Positions 46,095 through 55,541 of a stretch of 64,000 bases of DNA are shown here, piece by piece. Origin of the DNA: a virus; IMG/VR virus record IMGVR_UViG_3300025875_000001, positions 32,001 to 96,000 of that record. The stretch is one strand, 5' to 3'. Positions within the stretch are counted from its first letter, which is position 1. Each line of letters starts with the position of its first letter. The notes beneath the pieces are model-generated. The model did not search any database. It had not been told where the DNA came from and was given only the letters and a program-made list of their open reading frames with translations. The translations under genes were made by a program, and so were the position numbers.

Positions 46095-46334
46095 TTACGT
46101 TAATACAAGTTCGTTATCATATATGTCAAATAGTGTTAGCTGCTGCTCTTGCCAATACAGTTCATTAAGATACTTCAAATCACTAACCAGCATTTCAGCT
46201 AAATCTCCCGGGTCGTTTGAACTCATACTCCACTCTACACGAAAGTCGTCTCTTATATATATGAGTACTGATTTGTACCATGTATTTTCATCATCTATAA
46301 CACTACTGGTGATTTCATAATCAACGGCGTACAT
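46095..46334 (-). CDS. Hypothetical acidic protein
   Basis: Packed ORF. Confidence 0.5.
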   Translation of the reverse strand: MYAVDYEITSSVIDDENTWYKSVLIYIRDDFRVEWSMSSNDPGDLAEMLVSDLKYLNELYWQEQQLTLFDIYDNELVLT

Positions 46335-46509
46335 TATTGCACTCTCTTTCTAACATAATTAGAGACTCATACAGTACCGGCCATTTTGCTTTTAGCTGTC
46401 GCTTTTGTAGTTTATGGTAAACCGGCTCTCTGCCTGCAATAGTCCAAGCATTGTATACGCGCTTGATTGCTGCGTCAACACCTGGATCATTATCAAATCG
46501 GCCGGTCAT
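46321..46509 (-). CDS. Hypothetical protein
   Basis: Overlap with neighbours. Confidence 0.6.
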   Translation of the reverse strand: MTGRFDNDPGVDAAIKRVYNAWTIAGREPVYHKLQKRQLKAKWPVLYESLIMLERECNNVRR

Positions 46510-46763
46510 AGTGGCCTGTAATCTTCTGGTACACTATCCCAGCTAACATTCATAGGTGCTTGAAAACTCCGATCGTCGTTTTTAATTGTAAACAATGGCT
46601 GTACTGTATTAGACCAATGCTCCGGCTCAAAAGTAATTTCAGGGTCAATACCTACAATGCAGCAACCTTGATCACATGCGGTTCTATGAGACTGTAATTC
46701 ATATGCCATCTTATACCTCCACTGGAATTGATTCAGCATTGCTCTTGACTTGCTGACATGCAT
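46506..46763 (-). CDS. Hypothetical protein
   Basis: Start probably internal (GGAGG before MAYELQ). Confidence 0.55.
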   Translation of the reverse strand: MHVSKSRAMLNQFQWRYKMAYELQSHRTACDQGCCIVGIDPEITFEPEHWSNTVQPLFTIKNDDRSFQAPMNVSWDSVPEDYRPL

Positions 46764-46920
46764 CCATTACACGCTGGATCACAGCAAACTTAGGATCATC
46801 GATAAACGAAAGATTACCTGTCTGGTAATCGAATATATCTAGTAGTGCTTCGTTCCATCCGGCTTCAAAAATCTTGTAACGCTGACTGTCTGTTATTTCA
46901 CTGTAAGGATTCATACCCAT
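46711..46920 (-). CDS. Hypothetical protein
   Basis: GGAG SD. Confidence 0.6.
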   Translation of the reverse strand: MGMNPYSEITDSQRYKIFEAGWNEALLDIFDYQTGNLSFIDDPKFAVIQRVMDACQQVKSNAESIPVEV

Positions 46921-47016
46921 ATTATACTCCCGCCCTAATCCTAACTAAAAATATACCAAAAATTCAATTTATACCAAAAATTGATTTCAAATTAGACTTC
47001 CCACCAAAATTGAATT

Positions 47017-47634
47017 CTATTCAAGCTGCTTCCTAGAAACTGAATCTGAAATTTGCTTCATCAATTCTGACTCTTGTTTTTTACCAGCCTCTATGGCAGC
47101 TTCTCTAAAAGACTTAGATGCACTAAAGAATTCTATGTCAACTATACTAGACAATTGTCTGTAAATTTTTTGCTGAGAACTTAATAGATTTTCTAACTCT
47201 TTAAATCTAGGCATGCAATAATCATTACAACCATAACTATAGCCATACCGTTTGTCACAATCATGGTTATAAATTTGTATATAAAACAGTCGGCCATGAT
47301 CTTTCCAGCCGTCTTTTAATTTAGAATAAATTTTGTAAGCATTTACATCTAATTCTTTTTCAGAGGTATTATTGACACCAATTGTAACGATTGTGATCAA
47401 AAAAGGTATCCATAAATAACCAAACAAAGAATATAGACTAACCCCAATTAATGAAACTGGAAGCACAGCTAATATCAAAGCAACAATAACCATTAACCAA
47501 ACATAAAAAGTATATTCAGCACCCCAATGATATTCACGTTCTTTTGATTTTGCTTTAAGTTTATTAAACTTATAAAAAGATGTGCATATCTGCACGACCT
47601 TACCCGCCCCCGGCTTTATTGCAATTGTATTCAC
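47017..47634 (-). CDS. Membrane protein
   Basis: Two TM segments; AAGGAG SD. Confidence 0.7.
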   Translation of the reverse strand: MNTIAIKPGAGKVVQICTSFYKFNKLKAKSKEREYHWGAEYTFYVWLMVIVALILAVLPVSLIGVSLYSLFGYLWIPFLITIVTIGVNNTSEKELDVNAYKIYSKLKDGWKDHGRLFYIQIYNHDCDKRYGYSYGCNDYCMPRFKELENLLSSQQKIYRQLSSIVDIEFFSASKSFREAAIEAGKKQESELMKQISDSVSRKQLE

Positions 47635-47642
47635 AGTACTCC

Positions 47643-47828
47643 TTAAACGTGATAGTATGGGCCATAGCCATCATCAGACCAGCGAGTGCCTAAATGACTA
47701 GCGGCTACCAAAAATGGAATTGCAAATAGACCCCACCAAGAAAACATAGCCAGCAGTATTATTAGCAACATAGCACAGATGCTTATTCTAATCCAAGCAT
47801 CTGCCCATACGTGCTTCAAAAACTTCAT
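47643..47828 (-). CDS. Small membrane protein
   Basis: Two hydrophobic segments. Confidence 0.65.
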   Translation of the reverse strand: MKFLKHVWADAWIRISICAMLLIILLAMFSWWGLFAIPFLVAASHLGTRWSDDGYGPYYHV

Positions 47829-48493
47829 TAAATCTCCTTGCCTTCCGCCACAGCTTTCGCCATGCCTACCATTACTTCAAATGTCCAGCCACTATGCTCG
47901 TCTTTAAACCCGGGCATCTTGGTCTGCTCAGCATAGGGCAAGGACTTCCAACTGTCAATAAAGTCTGACACATAGTACGTGACTTTTGACTCTGCGTAAT
48001 TAAGTAAGGCATTAGCCTGCTCTAAACAGAATAGCTCATAAGATCCAGAATCCAACCAAAAATTCTCAAAACCTGATTCTTCCTCAAATCTATTCAAACG
48101 ATCTTGGAAGGGCTGCCTCAGACTTAGCTTTGTTTCTATCCACTCATCAATGTGTGCGTTGTAATCAGCCTGTCGCTTAGCCTGCAAATCGTCTAGCCAC
48201 TCTTGGCGGTCTGCATCTGCCTGCTCTTTAGTTTTGTAGGAGATATATTCTACGCCGTCTACGAACAATCCCATCACCCGGCCACCCCAACCATTAGAGG
48301 TAGAGTAGACTACTGCAATATCGCCGGGTGAAATAGGAGGCTTATCTGTGTAGTCTACAAACAGACTCAAACTATCTTTCATATGGATACTATCCTCACC
48401 GACAGACTCTACCTCATACAGATTAACATACCAGCCGTCTTTGTTTTTAAACATATGATCGTCCATTCTTTGGCATCTTGTCTTCGTAATCAT
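47828..48493 (-). CDS. Hypothetical protein
   Basis: 221 aa, HSGWTF motif. Confidence 0.7.
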   Translation of the reverse strand: MITKTRCQRMDDHMFKNKDGWYVNLYEVESVGEDSIHMKDSLSLFVDYTDKPPISPGDIAVVYSTSNGWGGRVMGLFVDGVEYISYKTKEQADADRQEWLDDLQAKRQADYNAHIDEWIETKLSLRQPFQDRLNRFEEESGFENFWLDSGSYELFCLEQANALLNYAESKVTYYVSDFIDSWKSLPYAEQTKMPGFKDEHSGWTFEVMVGMAKAVAEGKEI

Positions 48494-49286
48494 TAATCAT
48501 CTGCTGATGATTAAAGTAAATCTTAGTATTTGGGTAATTCTGTTTGATCAGATTCACGCAATTATCAGGTAGTTCTTCATTACGGTAAGATTGCATAGAA
48601 CCTTTCTTATGCTTAGCTGTAGAAATACCCCTAAGAGACTTAATATATCCCACCATTGCTACAATCATTACAATCCCGGCGATTAGCGCTCCTAGTACAA
48701 CATTAGCAGACAACAGGGTGGATAGCAGCATAAAATCCAGTGCTAGAATAGATCCGCTAACAACAGCGCCCCTCCTGTAGTAAGGAATATCTTTAGGCTT
48801 CTTTACTACAGGAACTACATCATCTTCTTTAGCATACTTGGTCGGGAGATAGACTGCCTCGATTACGGCCTTCTCTGCCTTAAACCCAAATTCACCTCGG
48901 TCAACCATACCGTAACCACGAATAATAGCCATAGTGTTACCTTCTACATGCTGGTCATCAGGGTCGTAATAAGCATAGTATCCACAACTACAATTAGGTT
49001 GACGCTTACTATTCAATTGGTGACAATTAAAACTGCACTGAGAGGTATTAACCCCATCGAACCATTTATAGTCAGACATAATTGGTGAATACAACATACC
49101 ATTACGCTTTAGATTAAATGCACGGTGACCATAAATCTCACCAACCGCCCAATCTGTGCCGCCCGAAAATGTACTTTGCATGGTGGTCCCTCCATATAAT
49201 GCTTGTAGTTGAAGTAGTAATCTTCTTTGCTGCTCTAGAATAGCGTCAAAGTGTTTCATATCGTCTTCTAGTGTATCTTTAGGCAT
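48447..49286 (-). CDS. Hypothetical membrane-anchored protein
   Basis: GHRAF...CSCGYYAY...G.G...GFKAEKA domain plus two TM; start uncertain. Confidence 0.65.
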   Translation of the reverse strand: MPKDTLEDDMKHFDAILEQQRRLLLQLQALYGGTTMQSTFSGGTDWAVGEIYGHRAFNLKRNGMLYSPIMSDYKWFDGVNTSQCSFNCHQLNSKRQPNCSCGYYAYYDPDDQHVEGNTMAIIRGYGMVDRGEFGFKAEKAVIEAVYLPTKYAKEDDVVPVVKKPKDIPYYRRGAVVSGSILALDFMLLSTLLSANVVLGALIAGIVMIVAMVGYIKSLRGISTAKHKKGSMQSYRNEELPDNCVNLIKQNYPNTKIYFNHQQMINDYEDKMPKNGRSYV

Positions 49287-49333
49287 AAGTTTAAGGGCAG
49301 ACTATTTAAGCCCGGTCTGCCAGCGGTGTCAGG

Positions 49334-49477
49334 TCACGCTTCTACAAGCTCTTGCTCGTTGACTGTGACGGTCTCTTCTTCTACTGCATTTGTACGAACT
49401 AGATCAGCTTCCTTGATAGCCTCGCCATCAAAAGGCACTAGTTCCACATTCTGAATAACTTCACCAATGTAACCCAT
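49334..49477 (-). CDS. Small acidic protein (47 aa)
   Basis: Read manually; GGAGGTG SD. Confidence 0.65.
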   Translation of the reverse strand: MGYIGEVIQNVELVPFDGEAIKEADLVRTNAVEEETVTVNEQELVEA

Positions 49478-49486
49478 TTTGTGTGT

Positions 49487-49696
49487 TCACCTCCTTGCCG
49501 CTTTATTTTCTATAACGTTTGTAATTATAGCCATGACTTCAAAAACTACCAAGCCAATTGTAACTATAGCCGAACCAATAAATGCTGCATTTAATATGGC
49601 CACAACCATAATCACCGGCCAAAATATAAGCCAAAAGTCCAAGTTAGCTAATGTTGAAGATACGGTTTGTCGCAATTGTAGCCTTTCCCACATCAA
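49487..49696 (-). CDS. Small membrane protein
   Basis: Hydrophobic; start uncertain. Confidence 0.5.
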   Translation of the reverse strand: MMWERLQLRQTVSSTLANLDFWLIFWPVIMVVAILNAAFIGSAIVTIGLVVFEVMAIITNVIENKAARR

Positions 49697-49841
49697 AATA
49701 TGCAGCGGTAAGTGTAGCCTTTACTGCCGACTTGCTAGGCATTGCAGCCTCAACATCGCGGGCGGTTCGATAGACAAAATTAGTTTGAAATTCATTAGGC
49801 TTATCTACACCTAGAACTTCTAGAATGATGTCATCAATCAT
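49644..49841 (-). CDS. Hypothetical protein
   Basis: Packed ORF. Confidence 0.5.
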   Translation of the reverse strand: MIDDIILEVLGVDKPNEFQTNFVYRTARDVEAAMPSKSAVKATLTAAYFDVGKATIATNRIFNIS

Positions 49842-49991
49842 AGCTCAATTACCGCCGTAATCTTTCGGGGGTCAATAAACGGAGCACCTACTGGATCAAC
49901 AAACCTAACGTATATTGAATAAGGGTCAATATAATATTTAACCTCTACGCCAGCAGCCTCTACTCTAGCTACCGTACCATTAAGATGTACC

Positions 49992-50177
49992 TCATACATT
50001 GGCATTTAATCGCTCCCTTATTGGTTGGCTAGTTGTATGCCATCCTTTACAGATTCCACAATAATATGCCCGGCACTCTGTCTTAGGGCGCTTAACATTA
50101 TCTTTACGTTGAACGGTAGCAATAAATAGCTCTGCACCGATCTTATCTCTCCACCGGCGCTTGCTGCACTTGCCCAT
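49992..50177 (-). CDS. Small Zn-binding protein
   Basis: C.KRR...RAYYCGICKGWHTTS; GGAGG SD before MGKC. Confidence 0.65.
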   Translation of the reverse strand: MGKCSKRRWRDKIGAELFIATVQRKDNVKRPKTECRAYYCGICKGWHTTSQPIRERLNANV

Positions 50178-50214
50178 GATGACCTCCAATCGCTATGTCA
50201 CTAGCTTAGTGTAC

Positions 50215-50685
50215 TTACAAGATCAAGTCAAGGGCTGCCATAAGCTGGTCTGCACATGCTGAGGCACCGTCTTCTCTGCCATTTCTATATGCACTGTCTT
50301 CGGGATATAGACCTATTCCTACATTTATATTATACCAATCATTGGCTAGCCCTAGTAACATTTTTCTTAGCTCCGTGTCAGCGGACGGCCGGGCGGCGAG
50401 AGCGTCAAACTCCTCTGCAGTTGGCTCGGCCCCTGCCTGTCGCAGACAGATGCAGGCACAGAGACGGCACCCGCCGTAGCGGCTCAGCTCGTGATTGCGA
50501 GCCGGGTGTCCACAGTCGCACCGATCGAGTCGGGTCCTCCGCTCGTCGGCCTGCTGCGCTTCGGCCGGGGGCTCGGACGGCGCGGCGGGGCGGCGACAGC
50601 CCTCGGCGTAGTAGCACTGGCTCGGCTCGCCGCAGCACAGCACCTCCTCGTCTCCGGGCGGCGGGGAAGTTGAATTATTATCCAT
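50215..50685 (-). CDS. Mosaic hypothetical protein with high-GC Cys-rich core
   Basis: CCGEPSQC, CDCGH...H...GCRLCAC. Confidence 0.6.
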   Translation of the reverse strand: MDNNSTSPPPGDEEVLCCGEPSQCYYAEGCRRPAAPSEPPAEAQQADERRTRLDRCDCGHPARNHELSRYGGCRLCACICLRQAGAEPTAEEFDALAARPSADTELRKMLLGLANDWYNINVGIGLYPEDSAYRNGREDGASACADQLMAALDLIL

Positions 50686-51003
50686 CTAATTCACCACGTC
50701 AACAGGTGAGTCAGTAAGCCACCATTGTCCATGCTCATCGTCAAACACCATCGAATCAGCATACTGTACCCTGGTCGCACCTTCGTGGCCGTGAATACTA
50801 ATTAGTCGCTCAACACTAGCATAAATTGCCGTGCTGGTCTTATCACTTAGCCAGCGCATCACGCAACTGCCGTCAGAAAATTCAACACCTTCTGCAACAA
50901 CGCCGGTGCCAGATACACCGCTTTTGTCTTCTGATCTTACCAGATTAAATAGTCTTACTGTTCTCATTTTTCTCCTTGTGCTTATAAACAACTCTAGTCC
51001 CAC
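50686..51003 (-). CDS. Conserved-looking hypothetical phage protein
   Basis: F.LVR.ED.SGVSGTGVVAEGVEFSDG...RW; start probably at MRTV. Confidence 0.7.
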   Translation of the reverse strand: MGLELFISTRRKMRTVRLFNLVRSEDKSGVSGTGVVAEGVEFSDGSCVMRWLSDKTSTAIYASVERLISIHGHEGATRVQYADSMVFDDEHGQWWLTDSPVDVVN

Positions 51004-51175
51004 GATTATAAATCATTTGCGCTACGCTCCATACAATAATAATCCAGCACAATGTGGCAGCAAGGGGATCAAGCGGAACGTATAGCAGTAGAGCAATGAC
51101 AAAGCCAAGTATAAAGGCGTCGAACCCACCAAATGGAGTCAGCAAGTTCCTTGCAAATGTTTTTATCTTACTCAT
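50945..51175 (-). CDS. Small membrane protein
   Basis: Two TM. Confidence 0.6.
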   Translation of the reverse strand: MSKIKTFARNLLTPFGGFDAFILGFVIALLLYVPLDPLAATLCWIIIVWSVAQMIYNRGTRVVYKHKEKNENSKTI

Positions 51176-51360
51176 AATCTATCCTCATCAATTGTCAATC
51201 CATTACCGCCTTGAATACAAATCCTATCTTCATACTCACCATATACTGTTCCGCCCATATAATTGCACACTACTTCATAATCACTTGGTCCCGCATCTTT
51301 ACCATCTTGATATCCAAGAGCATAGTTTCCAATAAGAATGGCAAAAAATAATACAACCAC
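51172..51360 (-). CDS. Small secreted/membrane protein
   Basis: N-terminal TM, C..MGG...C. Confidence 0.55.
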   Translation of the reverse strand: MVVLFFAILIGNYALGYQDGKDAGPSDYEVVCNYMGGTVYGEYEDRICIQGGNGLTIDEDRL

Positions 51361-51435
51361 AACAATCCTATAGATTAACTCTTGGTTCTCTGAATTAATA
51401 TCACGCCAACGCTTCGTAGTTACTCCTAGTAGTCA

Positions 51436-51464
51436 GGCCGGGAGCAATTAAGTTTGCTCCCGGC
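51436..51464 (-). terminator. Hairpin terminator
   Basis: GCCGGGAGCAA-TTAAGT-TTGCTCCCGGC inverted repeat. Confidence 0.65.
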
Positions 51465-51472
51465 CCTTATGA

Positions 51473-52291
51473 TCAGTTAAATACTCGGGTAATAGATAGC
51501 ACTTTTGCTCCACCTGTTGTTTCTAAAACCTTTTGCAATACCTCATCAGTGTTAAGTTCTACGTCAGACTCTACAAACACTTGACTATCAAACTCGACAA
51601 CATAACGGAATTCAGAAAGATCCTCTTCGTCATATTCGATATTACCAAAATCTAGAGTTCGATCTGAATCAATAGAATCTGCTCCAATGTAAGTAACATT
51701 GTTTTCGAAGTATTCTTCTGCTGCTTCTGCTACTTCATCATCAATAAGCAAATCGTTATCGCCTTCGGTATATTCTACTGGTGCCTGAGCTACAAGATCA
51801 GTGTCATTGTAGAGGCCGATTTCTTCTAGCTCAGGCACAGGCGCAAGATTTACGTGATTGTGATCACCATGGCCTTCCTTTTGATAAAAACTGCTAGGAC
51901 GCATATCAGTGCCATTCCAATTCCATGCATCTGCTGTTCCAGACCATACACGCGGACCAAGGTCAACATCACTATTAGTCTTAACCGATGCATCTTCAAC
52001 TACAAAATCACCGGCGCTATCTTCTACATGTTCGCCATCGCGTAGAACGAATTCAATATCAGTAGCGTCTACGCCATCAAACATGCCTAGAATGCTAGTG
52101 TTATAATAACGGCCAGCAGAAGGTGCGCCTACAAAAGTCTGATAAATGGTCGGCGGAACATTAGCATAACCCGCTCGGCTGCCATTGTGGAACTCAACAT
52201 ATAGCGTCCATTCAATTTCATCATACCAAGCGGTTTTTAGTGCTGAACTAGCAAGGTAAGTACGATCTGTATAAAATACCTGTCGTGCCAT
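51473..52291 (-). CDS. KTSC domain protein with long acidic tail
   Basis: SSAL..AWYD...LYVEFHNG...Y.NVP...Y..F..APSAGRYYN. Confidence 0.8.
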   Translation of the reverse strand: MARQVFYTDRTYLASSALKTAWYDEIEWTLYVEFHNGSRAGYANVPPTIYQTFVGAPSAGRYYNTSILGMFDGVDATDIEFVLRDGEHVEDSAGDFVVEDASVKTNSDVDLGPRVWSGTADAWNWNGTDMRPSSFYQKEGHGDHNHVNLAPVPELEEIGLYNDTDLVAQAPVEYTEGDNDLLIDDEVAEAAEEYFENNVTYIGADSIDSDRTLDFGNIEYDEEDLSEFRYVVEFDSQVFVESDVELNTDEVLQKVLETTGGAKVLSITRVFN

Positions 52292-52346
52292 TTTATCTCC
52301 TAAGTGTGTGTTGGTAGTGCCAGCTTACAGTACGTGCTAATTTAGG

Positions 52347-52631
52347 TCAAGAGTCTCTGTATCCTGAATAACCCCAAATTTCAGGATCGCGTAGTCCATC
52401 AATAATTGAATCTACATATTGACGCTTTAGCTTTAGCATAGTCTCAAAAGGCAGACCGTCAAATGTCTTGGCCTGATGGTTCTCCCACCAATCCCCGGCC
52501 ATATCTTCAATAAGACTGATCTGGGTATGTGTAAATGCATTAAGCATCGGTTCGTACCTTTCGGTTAGTATCGGCAACATAAAGCCAGGCGTCAATATAC
52601 ATTTGCTTTGCAGTACACGAGTCAGTACCAC
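52347..52631 (-). CDS. Hypothetical protein
   Basis: Start uncertain. Confidence 0.5.
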   Translation of the reverse strand: MVLTRVLQSKCILTPGFMLPILTERYEPMLNAFTHTQISLIEDMAGDWWENHQAKTFDGLPFETMLKLKRQYVDSIIDGLRDPEIWGYSGYRDS

Positions 52632-52730
52632 ACCATACTACACCACTATCAGGCTCCCGGCGATCTGGACCTGTGCCCATAACAAGAGTGCCACAACCGC
52701 TACAAATACAAACGTTCATTTTAGCCTCCG

Positions 52731-52958
52731 TTAGAGTGATCCTACGTGGACATACACATCGTAGTGCACGCCGTCTTTCTTGACAAGTAGTCTTCCCATG
52801 ACATTTTCAGACAAGTGTGGCTCAGGCTCCAATTCTTTTTTAAGCCTATCTAGAGCATCTGCTATGTCAGCCTCAGATGGTACTTTGTATCTACCATCTA
52901 TTTTCCAAACATATCCTAAATTATCAAATATTTTCTTTACGTAACTAGTTTCTAACAT
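52731..52958 (-). CDS. Hypothetical protein
   Basis: Packed ORF. Confidence 0.7.
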   Translation of the reverse strand: MLETSYVKKIFDNLGYVWKIDGRYKVPSEADIADALDRLKKELEPEPHLSENVMGRLLVKKDGVHYDVYVHVGSL

Positions 52959-53192
52959 TTACTTAAAATCTTTTCCGTAAGGGTCTTGCATGGGATCTAT
53001 TTTACCACCAGACTGTACGCCTCTAGCTGCTTCTACAAATCCTTGTGGTATACCCTTTTGGTCGGGCGCTCTCACTACCGGCTTTTTCGGTAACTCCCAC
53101 CCGGCAGACTCTACCTCATAGTCAGTCAGCAATGCTAGGACTGCTTGTAGATCCTTCTTATTTTCTGTATTGATTACAATGTGTAACTGCAT
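52959..53192 (-). CDS. Hypothetical protein
   Basis: AAGGTGG SD. Confidence 0.7.
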   Translation of the reverse strand: MQLHIVINTENKKDLQAVLALLTDYEVESAGWELPKKPVVRAPDQKGIPQGFVEAARGVQSGGKIDPMQDPYGKDFK

Positions 53193-53203
53193 ATTAGACC
53201 ACC

Positions 53204-53473
53204 TTAATTATATATTTTGCGCTGTATACAACCCTCACATGGCACCCACGCCATAATAAATGCGGGTTGACCAATGGTTACAGCATCAACGCTTTGTTCT
53301 TCAACCTGCTCATTCATAAAATTTTCAATTTCAGCAACGCTACCAATAATCTTATCTTGAAAGAGCTTTTGAGTAATATCTAGAAAGAAATCAATACCTT
53401 CTTGCGGTTGATCAAAACTATGCTCTCTAAACACCGTGCCTGATGCACTACATGCTACTACATGATAATGCAT
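53204..53473 (-). CDS. Hypothetical protein
   Basis: Packed ORF. Confidence 0.7.
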   Translation of the reverse strand: MHYHVVACSASGTVFREHSFDQPQEGIDFFLDITQKLFQDKIIGSVAEIENFMNEQVEEQSVDAVTIGQPAFIMAWVPCEGCIQRKIYN

Positions 53474-53796
53474 CAGGCTTCACCTATTTCATGAATTATA
53501 CTTTGAGCCTCTTCTGTTTGATCTTTCAGCTTTTGTAAAGCTTGATCTAAATCATTTTTGATGGCCGAGAAATCATCTCGTAGCTTATAATAATTTTCTC
53601 TCAATCTTTCCTTCTCTTTTTCGGCTTCATTAAGTTGCTCTCGTAAATATTTTACTTCATTATGTAATTCTGCACGAAGATCAAACGCAGCCTTATTGGA
53701 TTCAGACTTACGAGTGAACATACCCTTAACAGTTTCAAGAACTACACCTCCCATAAGGGCTGATATAAGCGCTAGTATTGAAGGGTCCAAAGCCAT
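53473..53796 (-). CDS. TM plus coiled-coil protein (possible lysis accessory)
   Basis: N-terminal TM, heptad-rich C-terminus. Confidence 0.65.
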   Translation of the reverse strand: MALDPSILALISALMGGVVLETVKGMFTRKSESNKAAFDLRAELHNEVKYLREQLNEAEKEKERLRENYYKLRDDFSAIKNDLDQALQKLKDQTEEAQSIIHEIGEA

Positions 53797-54183
53797 TTAC
53801 TCAATCACTAGCCTTGCTGCACCTAAGACTATACCCATTGCCAAAATAAATATCCATGTTAATGGCAAGAATCCAATAGTAAATAGTCTTAGCATTGCAG
53901 CAAAAATATAAAGTAGACAAAGAGCAAAAGCGCCTCTTTTGACCCAACTATCTTTATTCTTCCACATACCTATAAACGTAGCAGAAGGAATTCCTATGTA
54001 TAACCACGATAATACCAACTGTTCAATACCACCTGTGAAACCAGAAGCTACTGGCGAGATGCTTGCTGGCATGCTAATAAATACAGGCATAATAAGGTAG
54101 ATGCCAAAAACTAATGCACAGACACCAAATAAACCTATAATCATATAGGCAAATGTTTTTAAATCTAACTTCTCTAATTTCAT
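53797..54183 (-). CDS. Four-TM membrane protein (possible holin-like)
   Basis: Hydrophobic segments; TACAAT 6 nt before ATG. Confidence 0.65.
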   Translation of the reverse strand: MKLEKLDLKTFAYMIIGLFGVCALVFGIYLIMPVFISMPASISPVASGFTGGIEQLVLSWLYIGIPSATFIGMWKNKDSWVKRGAFALCLLYIFAAMLRLFTIGFLPLTWIFILAMGIVLGAARLVIE

Positions 54184-54218
54184 ACTACTATTGTAGCAGC
54201 AATATTATAAAATGCAGG

Positions 54219-54461
54219 CTAAAGGGCTTCTTCTAATTCAATCTTTCTACCAACATATCTATACTCTACAACATATGGTCTCACTTTCTCTAGACCACCC
54301 GGCTGCTGTGCAGTTAATACGATTATATATCGTGGTTCACGCTTAAAAGCTAGGCATTCATTACACATATTTATTGTCATAGATATTTGTAACTTTGATT
54401 TAATCCTCTTTAATTCTTTTTTGGGTTTAGAGCATGAAGAACACTCTATTACTTGTGGCAC
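54219..54461 (-). CDS. Small Zn-binding protein
   Basis: CSSC...CNEC. Confidence 0.7.
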   Translation of the reverse strand: MPQVIECSSCSKPKKELKRIKSKLQISMTINMCNECLAFKREPRYIIVLTAQQPGGLEKVRPYVVEYRYVGRKIELEEAL

Positions 54462-54644
54462 TCAGTTATCCCCCTCCGTTTCATCATCAATATCAACAAG
54501 TATAACATAATCGTCAATGTCAAAATACTCAGTTACTGTATGATATCCTACCGGCTCAATATATTGGATTTTAGCGCCATGAGCCATTTGCTGCATGACG
54601 GCCCCCTCACAATTAAGGCTAGGAATCCAGGCGATAGCAAACAT
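54462..54644 (-). CDS. Hypothetical protein
   Basis: Packed ORF. Confidence 0.6.
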   Translation of the reverse strand: MFAIAWIPSLNCEGAVMQQMAHGAKIQYIEPVGYHTVTEYFDIDDYVILVDIDDETEGDN

Positions 54645-54880
54645 TATACTCGCTCCAATACAATAGGTACGATTTCATTGATAGCACCAAGTGTTTCACT
54701 CAACCATTGAGTAATAATGCCTTGTTGCGCGGGGTTAAAAGTATCCCAATTATCTGCATAAATCCTCATAATAAGATGAGTGCCTCGGTCTAATATATCT
54801 ACAATAAAGTTTTCATAAGGTAGAGGGTGCATACTCATCACTGTTATGACAGACCAATCTAATGCGTTACTCATCGTCAC
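54644..54880 (-). CDS. Hypothetical protein
   Basis: Packed ORF. Confidence 0.65.
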   Translation of the reverse strand: MTMSNALDWSVITVMSMHPLPYENFIVDILDRGTHLIMRIYADNWDTFNPAQQGIITQWLSETLGAINEIVPIVLERV

Positions 54881-55202
54881 CCGCTGTTATTTTATTATAA
54901 AGTGCTCGCTTTACTTCTTCTGTTTTGTGAGCGTTTTTATTCTTGTCGATCTTACCACGGTCTAGATAAAATCCACCCCATACACCAGTTTCTTTATTTT
55001 CGACTCCAAAATTAAAGCACTGTTTGGTGACTGGACAATGCAAACACATCTCATCTGTTGACCTAGCTATATGAAGTTTGGTCTCATACCCTTGGAAGAA
55101 AGGATCACTCTCAGCATTGGGTATATTGGTACCGTTACATAGAGCTAGCTTTTGCCATTCTATGTTCTCTTCATCTAATTGCCATTCATCAGTTATGCTC
55201 AA
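54867..55202 (-). CDS. whiB: WhiB-family Fe-S transcription factor
   Basis: W...ALC...FF...C..CPV..QC...GVWGG. Confidence 0.9.
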   Translation of the reverse strand: MSITDEWQLDEENIEWQKLALCNGTNIPNAESDPFFQGYETKLHIARSTDEMCLHCPVTKQCFNFGVENKETGVWGGFYLDRGKIDKNKNAHKTEEVKRALYNKITAGDDE

Positions 55203-55399
55203 CGAATATTCCAGAGCCCCTTTTCATCCGGCGAGATTCGTGTGCTCATGCCCCACTTGCCATCCCTAAACATACCCTGCGGCTTACTGTATCCCACCTG
55301 AGTTGGCCGGAAGAGCATTAAATCCCATCCGTCCCAATAAGCAAAATGCTTGTTACGCTCTACATATGCATGAACTTGTTTGTAATTAAGAACCTTCAT
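55199..55399 (-). CDS. Hypothetical protein
   Basis: WDGWD...G.F..G.WG motif. Confidence 0.7.
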   Translation of the reverse strand: MKVLNYKQVHAYVERNKHFAYWDGWDLMLFRPTQVGYSKPQGMFRDGKWGMSTRISPDEKGLWNIR

Positions 55400-55541
55400 C
55401 TTTTGTTCCTTTCCAGCTTCCCGACCTCTACCGGCGGGACATGTTGGTGATCTTCACATACTACATAGCCAAATCTTGGCTCTAGTTGATTGTTATTACG
55501 CCTGCCACATACCGAACATGGCCGGGATGTTGGATATCCAT

